Assembly: GCA_973895155.1 (NCBI GenBank)
Contig: OZ316897.1
Coordinates: 2,369,316 to 2,433,315 of the forward strand
DNA from: Marsupella aquatica
Taxonomy: Eukaryota > Plantae > Marchantiophyta
Length of the DNA stretch: 64,000 nt
Direction of reading: 5' to 3'
Made by a program: the position numbers and the translations under genes. The notes below the pieces were generated by a model. It saw only the letters and a list, made by a program, of their open reading frames with translations, was not told where the DNA came from and did no database searches. Position 1 is the first letter of the stretch. Every line of letters starts with the position of its first letter. Below, in pieces: positions 24,280 through 35,362 of this stretch.

Positions 24280-24710
24280 ATAGGATAATGAGGGTTTGGT
24301 TTGGAGCTATTATTCTTGGAAAAATTATGTATAAAATAATGACAATTTGGTCTAGGGTTATTAGTCTGGGTCACAAGTTTGTACTAAATGTTATTAGTTT
24401 TGGATCACTAGTTTATACTAAATGCTAATAGGTGAGGGAGAAATTATATATAAAATAATGATAATTTGGTCTGGGGTTATTAGTCTGGGTCACAAGTTTG
24501 TACTAAAAGTTGATAGGTGATTGCAGGGAGTTTTTTTGAGCTTTGTGAGAATAGTATAATGACTTTTTGGTCTAGGATTATTACTTATTAGTCTGGGTCA
24601 CTAGTCTCTAATAAATGCTGATTGGTGACAGCAAGGAGTTTTTCTGAGCTTTGTGGGAACAACTTTCATACTAGAACCTCAGCCCAAACAGTCATTATCC
24701 TATGTAATAT
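24280..24710. repeat. degenerate ~120-bp tandem units with an inverted partial copy (TE subterminal-like)
   Basis: Recurrent ATAATGA..TTTGGTCT..TTATTAGTCTGGGTCACAAGTTTGTACTAAA; inverted CCCAAACAGTCATTATCCTATG near 24683-24704. Confidence 0.6.
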
Positions 24711-25398
24711 CTGTCCGGAAAAAAATATTTCGGATAAGACTTTCCAAGCACAGGGTTATGGAAATGGTAGCACGTGGTATACAAGGTTACACACCGGTAA
24801 CCTTTCTCTCTGACAAGATTTATGTATCATGAGAGCGCCACCAAGAATTTTTGAAAAGGAGAGTGTTGCCAGCTAGTCACTAGTGGTTTTTAATTTCTGT
24901 GCTTTTTGTTAATTTTTTCAGTGCATATTTAAGACTCCAGATGGCTAGCTAGCCGAGAGAGGAGTCCCAAAATTGGATTTTACTCCCCATGCCTACAAGC
25001 CCAGCCAGAGGGGAGGGCAATGAGATTTATCTTTGAGAATAGAGTTTCCGCAACAAAAGACGTGACTGGGCACAAGGGGTGAACAATTTTCTCAACAAGG
25101 GCAGTTTCTTGAAAGAGACTTCCATGGGTCTACTCTCATATCATTTTTTGTCAAAAGGGACCTCCTGAGCCCCTAGGAACTACTGCCCCTCTTTTCTCCC
25201 TTCATTTCTTTTCTATATGTAAAGTCATGGTTGGGCAGTCTTGATGTTGCAGTTTTTCACGATGCTTTCTACACGGAAGTCATTTGTGGAGGATGATTGG
25301 CCATATGTTGCCTTGATTCTTATTAAGAGTGTCCTACCAAAGAGAATGGAACCCTTACCACCCAAAGTACTTTACTTGTTGTGACAAAGAGTTAAGCT

Positions 25399-25749
25399 TG
25401 TTAAGCATTTACCCTTAGGTCCTAGAGTTATGACAGTAATTGCACTTAGGGCTAACCTTAGTAGCGGGCTTGGTTAGGTTAGTCATGCTGCACACTACAT
25501 CCCCAAGTTAGTAGTATTTGCTTAAATAGGGGGAACTCAGGTTCATTGTTGCGGAGCCAGTTGAGAAATATGAGAACGTGTTGGGGCAGAGACTTGGTAT
25601 GGCCAATGGGCCTAGAGCACAGTAAAGCTCTTGTGTATTCCCTTGGACATGGCCTCAACTAAGGTGAACCACCTATCTTTTTGTGTTAGTTTCTTGTGCG
25701 TTGGATGATCATGTGCTTGCTATTGTGAATGTTGTTTTTGCGCACCACA
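25399..25749 (+). repeat. diverged solo LTR related to the copia LTRs, in opposite orientation
   Basis: 25530-25749 aligns with the reverse complement of the LTR (e.g. CTTGGTATGGCC, CAGTAAAGCTCTTGTGT, AGGTGAACCAC, TTGTGCGTTGGATG); TG...CA ends and similar length; no TSD; 5' boundary uncertain. Confidence 0.7.
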
Positions 25750-28028
25750 TTTTACAATAACTCAATTTTGACCCAAAGTGATGGAATGGATGCAAGTATC
25801 ACTAAGAAGAGTTAATGAAAAATCTAATAAGTTGTATGGGGAAATACATTTTGTGACCAAATTTTTGTTGTTGATATTCCACAATTGTCCAAAAGGTAAT
25901 GGTGGATGATGAGACAAAGTGGGGGAAGGATGTACCACAAGATGGACAAAACTGAAATAGGGTGTATGGAGAGTGCATACTAGCTAGGGAATATTAGAAA
26001 GTAGACAAATCTTCAAAGAGCTTTTCTCTAGGGTTTTGGGTTACAATGTGCCTCCATCCATCCATCCAAGCTCTAGATTCCTTGGCCTCAATGGTAGTTT
26101 AGAAAAATTAAACCTTCTATGCCCCATCCAAACTTCATTGCCTTCACTAAACTGTGTTGGTTTGAATGGGGGTGATTGTTACTGACTTCTGCAATTTTTT
26201 GGATGTGATAGTCTTCATTCTTATTCATGACAAACTCTACTCATCCTAATCCAAGAATTCTCCCATGACTCTACTCTTTTCACCTCATCCAGCATACACA
26301 TGTAAATTGACTACTGCAATTTGAGGATTTGCACGCCAGACATTTTTTTAGATTTTGTGAGGGGAGGGCCCCCACGTTGCAATTGAGGTCTAATCATGGA
26401 TCTGTGTTTGGCAAATGGCCCTGATTTTCAATTCCTTTTATTCTGTATGATTCATGAGAGCATTTTTAGGCGATGTTCGGACAGATTTTCACATTAAAAA
26501 AATGCTGGTACCTGCCTTGACTTCATTCATGACTAGCTTGACTCTTAGCGACCTGTGGTTTTGTCTGGCACCCTGTCCCTTTCCCCTCAGATGACACACA
26601 ATTGCTTTGATGACATATGGAGGCTCATGATTTGCCATGCTAACGCCTCCAACCTACCTTCCTCCTGGACCAGGTTCCCCCATTTGACACTCATCCTGAA
26701 CCAGGGTGTCAACTGCTGTCTACAAGCGAAAACTATCAGGTTTTTGTCCCTTCATTTTCTCCTTTTTCAACTGTCTGAGGGGCCATCGTTTGGACAAATT
26801 ATGAGTCTCTGAGTGTCCCCAGATCAAATACATGCCCTCTCGGGTTAGTCCAGTTTAGTTACGCAAACCCACATACTAAATGGGGCAACCTGATAGTTAA
26901 GCTAGCTTCGGGGGCTGGCTAGGTTAGTAATTACAGACTCCCATGATAAGTTCTTTCCAAAATTGAGCCACAAAAATGGTTTCCACCACAAACACAAACG
27001 GACAATGTTAGCGGTGATGCATCATTGCACCTTCCCAACCCTCAAAATAATAATTGGGTCTCTGCAACGAGTAATTTTGTTTTATTATTGTATTCTGTGA
27101 GTGAATTGAACTGGCAAAAGCCTTAGGGGGCTATGAGGGGAAAATGTAGGATCCACCTAATCTTTACTGGTACATATCATTAAGATTATGGAAAACCTTA
27201 GATCTTTCCTAATCTTAAGGACATTATATAATCAATCTGCAACTGAAGGCAGATTTTGGAAGATATTTGCTTTACATTTGTTTGCTTTATTTTTCTTTGT
27301 ATCATTTGCCAGGAGCTAGCAAACCCGCTAGAGAATGGAAGATTTGGCAGTACTTTGCAAATTTTCAGAAAAAGCAAGTCAAAAAATCTCTGCCGAACAG
27401 CTACTAATGTAGTGTCATCCTGGCTTGTGCAAACCAGCACTAATGACCAAAATCTTGTACCTAACTAAAAACATATTTGATAGTGCTTGCAGCATGTCAA
27501 CAAAATTTTGTGATCCAAATTTAAGAATGTTTTGAGCATTTTGATGATGTAAACATTAACTTTGTAATGTATAAATATCACACTTCCAAAAAGACAGGAT
27601 TGCCAAACCTGTATCCCCAAACAGGGAGACAGGATCCCAAAGGCAAACGAATCCAAAAAAGGGAGGGAAGGGAAAGGCCCCAAGAAGAAGAAAGAGTCCC
27701 AAGAAATCAAGGAGCATTCCAGAAAAACAATAAAACTAAGAAGCAAACAACTACAGTAACTAAAAACATTATTGGGAGATAAACTGAAATGCCTTGTATA
27801 GCTATGGAGTAAACTGTAATGGAAGTAACAAAAACTGGAATGTTTTTACATCATCAAAATGCTTTTAAATGTAAAGTAGCAGAAACAACAGAATATGTAA
27901 CACAAACTAATTTTTGACTAGTTTGGTGACAAGAAAGTAAAACCTGGAATGGAAGATGTACGAAGGATGGATAGACCGAAACATGAAGTGTCCCCAGAAT
28001 CCTATTATTATAGAAAGTAGTCTAATCT

Positions 28029-28421
28029 TCAACCGAAGGGTTTTGGGTTTGGCTGAGAGCTCAGCTCAGCCCTCCGACAGACACGATCCGGCAGCTCACG
28101 AGGGCTAGGCGAGACAGATTCACCCACCTTCAGTTTCTCGGGTGTGGGGCTTTCTGAAGTTCCGAAATTGGGACCGCTATCATCACCTCTTTCTGTCACC
28201 AGCTCGTGAGGGAAGGGGCCCATCACTTCTGACGCTATCGGTGGCTTTGATCGATCACTGGTTTTCTGTTTCGTCTCGGGCTCAGATTCACCGCTGCTGC
28301 ATGAATTCGCTGCCGAAGAGGCGTTGAAGAAAATGGCTCTGCTGCAGCCCGTTTGCTGCTGGAGACCGGCAGCTGCTGAGAAGAGCGCAGCAATGTCAGG
28401 AACAGTAGGTACTCCAGCCAT
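28029..28421 (-). CDS. hypothetical 130-aa Ser/Pro/Glu-rich protein, divergent from PPD1
   Basis: True ATG in good context (GACATGGC), CpG-rich gene-like composition amid CpG-poor DNA; no recognised domain. Confidence 0.35.
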   Translation of the reverse strand: MAGVPTVPDIAALFSAAAGLQQQTGCSRAIFFNASSAANSCSSGESEPETKQKTSDRSKPPIASEVMGPFPHELVTERGDDSGPNFGTSESPTPEKLKVGESVSPSPRELPDRVCRRAELSSQPNPKPFG

Positions 28422-28977
28422 GTCCCTGCGTGCTAGTGCCGAGGCTTGTCGTGGGATGAGAAATTAGAGGGGTGGAGTGAAGAACTGAACGATCGGCATT
28501 GGAGGGAGGGATGGGGTATTTTAGGAGGTAAGGAGAGCTTTTGGTTGTGGTCGTGGGGACGAGGAGTGGGGCAATGTCAGGGGGAATGTTCTGGTTTTAT
28601 GGAGCTCCGTAAATAATTTAATGAGCATGAATGTGACGGAAAATATAATCCGACAGTGAAACTGAATATTCAGTTGATGAATCTCGCAAACACTCGCAAC
28701 AGGTGATGATCAGAGTATGACATAGACGACGGGACAAGGCTTTTTGAGCCCTCTGAATTGGCCATGGCCATGGCTGAAGGCTTTCCCTGTGCGTATTCTA
28801 GGAAATGCGCTCTTGAGACTAGGAAACGCCCATGTAATCTTGCTTGCAGTTTTCGTGAGCTGTCTTTCGAGTTCTCTATGAGGAGTTGTTCTGTATTTAA
28901 GATTTGTTATCTGGAGATTTATGACATTCTAGGAATTTGATCTGGCCGGTGGACAATCTGAGCAGGCAAGGACGGCA

Positions 28978-30448
28978 ATGGAGGCACTGGGGTCCAAGGC
29001 GTCGGTGCAATTGATGAAATCCCGGTCGTCCGAGCAAATTTTGGGGCGACTGGGTTTGGAAATCGCTCCGAGGTTCTGTGGACTAGGATTGAAGGCAGAG
29101 CAGCAGACAGGGGATGATATTCAAAAACCTGAAGTCAGTCGTTCACCTTCTCAATCAACGGCCAGCTCGGCAATATCCCGGAGGTCGTTGCTGAGCTCTG
29201 TGATTGTGGGTTCAGCCATACTATCCTTGCCTGAAAGAGAGAAGCCGGCTCTAGCCGCCTCAAATTACAGAGAATACATTGACAGACTGGACGGGTATAT
29301 TTTCAGCTATCCTTCAGGTTGGATCCAAGTGAGAGGAGCCGGCGCAGATGTGTTCTTCAGAGACCCTGTCAATCTTGACGAAAATGTGGTTGTGGACTTC
29401 AGCTCGCCTTCCTCTTCTCGGTACAAGAGTGTGGAAGATCTTGGAACTCCAGAACAAGCGGCTCAAAAGGTCTTGAAGCAAAAAATTACAGAATTTATGT
29501 CTACTAGGATTGGGGTACGAAGAGAATCGAAGGTCGTGTCTGCCAGTTCTAGGATTGGCGATGATGGCCGGCTTTACTACGACATAGAGGTATATAACTT
29601 CCCCTCGTTGCATATGCGACCTGCCTTTGAAGTGGGAACAACACTTCAGAACAGTCAAGTGATGCAGACTAGACAGAAACACGGCCTTGCTGCCCCTATC
29701 TATCCCATGTTCATTGCTCCATTATCCGTCTCGTTTCCCATCTTGTAAATGCACTTTGCCATCGACTTTCGGCTCTTAGGTCCTCACAAAGTCAAATTGG
29801 TCGTGACATACTCATCCTGGTGGTTGGACAGGGGAGATTCCGAAGTTTTGCTGATTCTCAAGCATGGAATAGTCTCACCAAATAATTTATTTCAGCTCTG
29901 ATTCTCTTTGTAAGCTATCAGTAATTTGCAGAGATCGTACAATGCATATGAGTCACATATGAATATTTGCAGTCCTGGGTAAGAGATTTAGGATCACCTG
30001 TCCGCATGAAGTTTTGGGCTAGAAATTTCATTCTCCCGTAGCTGAGGATGCCAGGTTATCGAACAGGAGCAATCTAGTGGTGTTAGTCAGACATGCATAG
30101 CTCAACAAATTTGATCTAGTCATAGCAACAAACCTCAAGGTGGTCACTAGTGGTCACAGCGTGGACGGTGAATTGTACCAAAGTGGTTTGTTGCAGTAAG
30201 TTGACATTTTATCCCTATTGATATAGGTGGACGTGAAGTCATATGCCAATACGAATGAGCTGGCTGTGATGCCGGCGGATCGTGTGGCAAAACTGGAATG
30301 GAGCAGGCGTTATCTCTCCACTCTGGGTGTGGAAAACAATCGCCTGTATGAGCTACGACTCCAAGCACCTGAAAAGGCCTTGGCTCAGGAAGGGGAGGGT
30401 TTGCGTCAAATAATGAGCTCCTTCCAACTTGTAAAGCTAGAAGTTTAA
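28978..30448 (+). CDS. PPD1: PsbP domain-containing protein 1 (thylakoid lumen, PSI assembly), ~277 aa; exons 28978-29589 and 30227-30448
   Basis: Twin-arginine SRRSLL signal with an ALA cleavage site; YREYIDRLDGYIFSYPSGWIQVRGAGADVFFRDP, EFMSTRIGVRRES, KSYANTNELAVMP, LEWSRRYLSTLGVENNRLYELRLQ; GT-AG phase-0 intron. Confidence 0.93.
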
Positions 30449-31394
30449 TATGCATCGCATAATTATTTATTTGTGTTATCGAGGGCCTCGAAGGCTTCTT
30501 CGCATGCTTGACCAGTTCCTCAACATACATAGTGTCATCTCTATTAAATTTTAACAGCTGATTCAGCGCTAAGGGGTGATGGATGTGAATGCATGCGCTA
30601 GTGATCTTCACACACGATTCCCACAGCACAGTATTTTAAGGGCATTCTACTTGTCGTTTCCAAAACTTTACAGTCTTTGGCAACCATTCGTGGTCATTTT
30701 TTAGATACCAAGATTTTGGGTTCCCTGATGAAAGAGCAGGTTTCAGGCATAGCATCTATCTGTCCCTGTTTCGATCACCCTCCATCACATTTTTCTGTCA
30801 TTTTCGACAATATGCTGCACGTTTGACCAATTGGTTTGCTGTATTTGTGGAGCGGCCGGCACAACGAGGTACTTCCAATGAAATTTCAGCAGACCTGCTT
30901 GCTGGAAGGCCACATAAACATATTTTGAGCGACTCTTGAAGGTGTGTGCTACTGCTGTCTTGGGATATTTTAAGAATGTGATCACCTTTTTCAAAGCGGG
31001 GTCATTCCTGGGGAACTTCTCGAAATTGACACAAGGTGGTTCAATTTGCAAGGAAATTCCAGGTCGAGCAAAGCCTGTAGGCGTTTTGGATTCTTGGTAC
31101 CCAGTGTATGTTAGAGAGGATAGTTTAGGTAGATGTTTTCTCCGCGTTTGTATTTGGTTTGTCAGGGATGTCAGGAATGTACTCCATGCACGGGGTAGAT
31201 TCCATACACAAATTTACAGCTGTGTTCCATCCGTATGTATAATCTTGTTTAAGTTTACTACTCTAAGCTGACCGGATTAGTGACAACTGGGAGGTTGAGG
31301 TGCAGTTTAACATTCAATCTTTTATAACTTGTTGAATTTTGATGGCATCTATGGTTGAATACTGAATGCTTATTCTGAAGTCGCATATCATTGG

Positions 31395-31516
31395 CCGATT
31401 CATGCACACTTGAGGTAGATTTACAATCTCCACATGTGCTAAATTTTGAAGGGACCGATTCATGCACACTTGAGGTAGATTTACAATCTCCATGATGTGC
31501 TAAATTTTGAAGGGAC
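31395..31516. repeat. 60-bp tandem duplication (2 copies)
   Basis: CCGATTCATGCACACTTGAGGTAGATTTACAATCTCCA..ATGTGCTAAATTTTGAAGGGA repeated nearly perfectly. Confidence 0.9.
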
Positions 31517-33904
31517 AATGGCTGAATATATTGTTTTGAGGTGATTTTCACATTCTCGACAATTTGGACAAGTCTCGATAACGATTACAAAAGAGCTCTG
31601 TAACGAAATCTCCAAAATTAAAGTTACGACAATTCATCATCGTCTGATTCGAAGAAGCACGAACCTCGACTTCACCGAATGGTTCCCCACCTGGGGAATG
31701 TTGGTAGAGTGCAACTAAAGTCCTTTGACCAAGTCCATCTTTTAACGTTATGGATGACAAAGGCAGAACCTGGCTACGCTGAGCATCAAAAAGGTGGCAC
31801 ATCCAATCTTTCGCACCGACTCTCAGGTTTAAGAAGCTTCTTATTCCTACAACGTTCGTTTGCTATTCTAGAAGGGTTCTTAGTCCGTCGATACTCTTTA
31901 GATCTAAAAGACCGATACATGAACATCACTAGCCTTGTTCGGAAGACTCGTTTGTCATATTTTGATGACACAGTAGTAGAAGGGCAGGCATTACAAAGAC
32001 TACATCAAAACGGCAATACTGACACTACTCTGTCCTATTGAACTCTACAAACATGAATGTCCATTCTTTGAATCTGAATAGACAAAAATCATCATGCATG
32101 CTTATCTTTTTTGACACACATAAGATCCCATCATTCTTTCCTTGGACATAGCTTTGGTGAACCCTGGGTGTTAGGGTCTAGAGTCTTCACTCTAGAAGCC
32201 CAGACCCCAACTCTAGGTTCTGTTCCCGAATATTAGTAAGATTGGACCGCATCGCAATTGATTGACAGCGGTCAGGGTCTTTACTCGTTTCGTGTCGATT
32301 CATTTCAATCACTCTTCCATCTGAATCTTTGGCCAACTTATCTGTTATCCATTTACTCGTTCAAAATATTACGTCCACTCTCGTTTTCATTCCAAGCTTC
32401 TTAAGGCATTACCGATAGACAAGCTACCGGAAGCACTTCTCTATTGAGTAACAGAACCTACGTCCACGATCACATACTGGTAATCCCCCAGACACCGTGA
32501 GTGTAAGCATTTGAGTTTCACAAGGGCAAATAGAAAAATTCGAGGAGCTCATCTGGATGGACAGGGTGGATACAACCCAACTGCCATTTGAGAACGGTGA
32601 CAGTGAGTGGCGGTCTCAAGCATTTTCAAACTTGGAAAAAACCACCTGTTGAAGGTGGCACCATGATTCAGATCCCACACTAATTAACAACTGCCTGCAT
32701 CGCTTGCGCATAACTATGCCACATCTCTTTCCCTCTTCGCAATTGAACAGTATTCGGTCCTGCACATGATTCGAAACAAACTGCCAAAATGAGCCCTACC
32801 GAAAACCCACTGGTCTAGGTCTGGTCATGCATTTAATCGATTTCCCCCATCGCGAGAATGGTTAGTTCTAAACTAATACTGAAAATTGAAGTCAACTTTA
32901 GAAAGACGAGAGGCTGAAGTCGAATGCATATTATTCAAAGTCATATTCCCAAAATTGCGTATGCAAAAAGCAACAGTTGACTGTTTCTATCCCATTTCCC
33001 CAGTACTGAAGTGCAGCACCGGTCAGATACGGAATACTCCCTCTTAAAATGAACACACATACACAATAGCCTGCAACAATCTTGGCTACCGCTGGACGCG
33101 GACCTTAAATGAAAGAACGCAGTCCACTTCAAGGTACGTACTACTAAGCTAACAAGCGAACAACTTACATAAATCTGATGGATGCTCTTCAAGAAAATTC
33201 GGGTGGCCCTTCGGTAGCGACTTGAGTGATAGGTTCTTCCCAGGGATTGACGCCAACAAACTCCAACTGTTGACCAGCGAAGATAGGGACTCGCGTTGAA
33301 ACCCCATTACAGCCAAAACTTGAAATTGTGAGCAATTGGGAAACCCTCCATACACTTGTCGCAACCAACAAACAGTTGATCTTCAAGACAAACACTGCAG
33401 ACCGTGAAATGAATGACGAATGGCCACCTCTAGTCTCCAAAGCCCTTATGATATTTCTCAATACTCGCATTGTACAAAGGCACAGTGTCAAGCCACCATC
33501 CACTAATCATGTACGTGGTGTTCTCCACCAGCTTGACCGACCCTAGACTTCACAGCCGGTCGGTGATCGGAAGCTACACAAGAGTAGATTGGTCACCAAC
33601 GGGGAAACCCTCATTTTTCTCCCGCCTGTCAGAAAAGCTATTAGAATCTAGCCATATTCGTCCCTAACCGGCGGTCCCACGGACGACCACTCATCAATCA
33701 GGTCGAGGCTCTACTGACAGTTCCGAATGACCAACACGCCAGCATGTGTTCTTCAATTGGCCAACGAAAAAGGCGCTCGAGTTTCTGCTCAAAGGGTAGT
33801 GTTATACATGAATTATAAAGAAACACCCCTGAACTACAAACAGGGCTTTCCTTGCATTTGTCAATCGTTCTTACAAGGCAAAGAGAGACCTCTAAGCCCC
33901 CCGT

Positions 33905-35362
33905 CTACAAAACATCTCCTGTCATGAATCGGTGGTTAAGGACAGCCTCGGCTGTTGGTCTCATCCGAAAATTTGGATTGAGCAAAGCCTGCAGCAGTTG
34001 CCATCCAGCCCCATCATCCAAGTCCAGGAATTGGACAGCCTGCACCCATCGATCATCTGCCATGAAGTATTCTCGAGCAGTGCTTAAATCCAGGCGGAAA
34101 GTATTCTCCAATAGCCTCTGGAGAGACGGTCCATCCAAACTCCCAGGTTCAGAAAGAGAGATGAAAATCACATATGCGAACAGCAGACCAGCTGCATACA
34201 TGTCATCTGCTATCCCGAAAATTTTCTTTTCTCTAGGAGTGCTTGCCCCTGCCAAAGCTGCTCTCCTCCACAAATCTGCAGCAAGAGTTGCCATGGGTGA
34301 TTCAGACTGTAGATCCCTTAGGTCTGCAACAGAGCTCACCCTTTCGAGTGACTCCACTGGCTTTGGACTCCCCTGGATGCCCTGATCACTCACATCCACG
34401 GAAAATGCCAAATCTCTTAGTTGAGGAACTAAATACTGAACATCTCTCTCCTCCATGGTGTTGAGGATGATGGAGGCAGGGCCCAAACTCTGGTGAAGTA
34501 GGTTATTTGAATGCATGTAAGCCAACCCAGTAAATGCTCCTCTCAGCAGCTTGATTACGAACACTTGCCTCCTCCGAATTGGCCTCTCCAAGTCAAATCG
34601 GTCCCAGAAATCCCATTCACCCACCGCTCTTTGCTCAATTGTTGCCTTACCGGCTGCCTTGGCATAATCTACAGCTGTGACTTGCCCCCTGTCTTGAAAG
34701 ACCAGCCACTGTTCCCCAACCCTGGTCCGAAATCCACCATAACAATAAGCAACATTTCTCGGAGCTCCACTGGGTGCTGCATCCTGCAGAGTAGCATGGG
34801 AGATAAGCTCATTCGTGGCCATAATGTCCACCTCAGCACCTCTTGCGGTCATTCCCTCTGTACCTCGGGCTGTGATTCCAGGATAAGCCTTCAACAGCAC
34901 TCTGGTGCCCATCTGGTCCCCACGGCAAATTCGTCCGGAATAAAACCTAGTTTGGATCCCTCCCTCTCCCATCTCCGGCCCTCTCATTTGCATCACGTCC
35001 CTCCGGTTGTACCCGGCAGCAAAGTTGTCCCCCACCCCTCCCAAACTCCTACCGGATTGCGGAGGCCCATAGCTGGAGATGTTCATGTACCCATACGTGG
35101 ACAGCAAGCGGAGGACTTCGAAGTCGTTCGAGTCGAATTTCCGCACGGAATTCACAATTGCGAGCTCAAACTTGCCATGACGAACTCTCCCTAAATTGCT
35201 CGGCTGTGAAATCCTCCGAACGATAGAGTTTTCAGGATGCCCGGACTGTAAGAATGAAGACGGATGAACACTCGGTTGTCCCCCCACACTGCTGTTCCAG
35301 ATTTGGCCTCCAGAGAAGGCAATGCTGCAGCAAACACCACCTCGGATGGACAGTGCAGCCAT
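33905..35362 (-). CDS. intronless plastid-targeted protein kinase-like protein (probable pseudokinase; related to the kinase domain of PAP14/ORG1-type proteins), 485 aa
   Basis: Ser-rich transit-like N-terminus; VLLKAYP (subdomain II), GLAYMHSNNLLHQSLGPASIIL (VIb without the catalytic Asp), LRDLAFS (DFG replaced), DDMYAAGLL, LLNPNFRMRPTAEAVLNHRF. Confidence 0.88.
   Translation of the reverse strand: MAALSIRGGVCCSIAFSGGQIWNSSVGGQPSVHPSSFLQSGHPENSIVRRISQPSNLGRVRHGKFELAIVNSVRKFDSNDFEVLRLLSTYGYMNISSYGPPQSGRSLGGVGDNFAAGYNRRDVMQMRGPEMGEGGIQTRFYSGRICRGDQMGTRVLLKAYPGITARGTEGMTARGAEVDIMATNELISHATLQDAAPSGAPRNVAYCYGGFRTRVGEQWLVFQDRGQVTAVDYAKAAGKATIEQRAVGEWDFWDRFDLERPIRRRQVFVIKLLRGAFTGLAYMHSNNLLHQSLGPASIILNTMEERDVQYLVPQLRDLAFSVDVSDQGIQGSPKPVESLERVSSVADLRDLQSESPMATLAADLWRRAALAGASTPREKKIFGIADDMYAAGLLFAYVIFISLSEPGSLDGPSLQRLLENTFRLDLSTAREYFMADDRWVQAVQFLDLDDGAGWQLLQALLNPNFRMRPTAEAVLNHRFMTGDVL

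Noticed and set aside
30785-31210. ~140-codon open frame on the minus strand downstream of PPD1
   Set aside because: No ATG start, no supporting splice partners and no recognisable motif
34511-35194. 227-aa plus-strand ORF and other antisense ORFs overlapping RPT5, USP, PPD1 and ASI1 exons
   Set aside because: Shadow ORFs of real coding strands with no independent features
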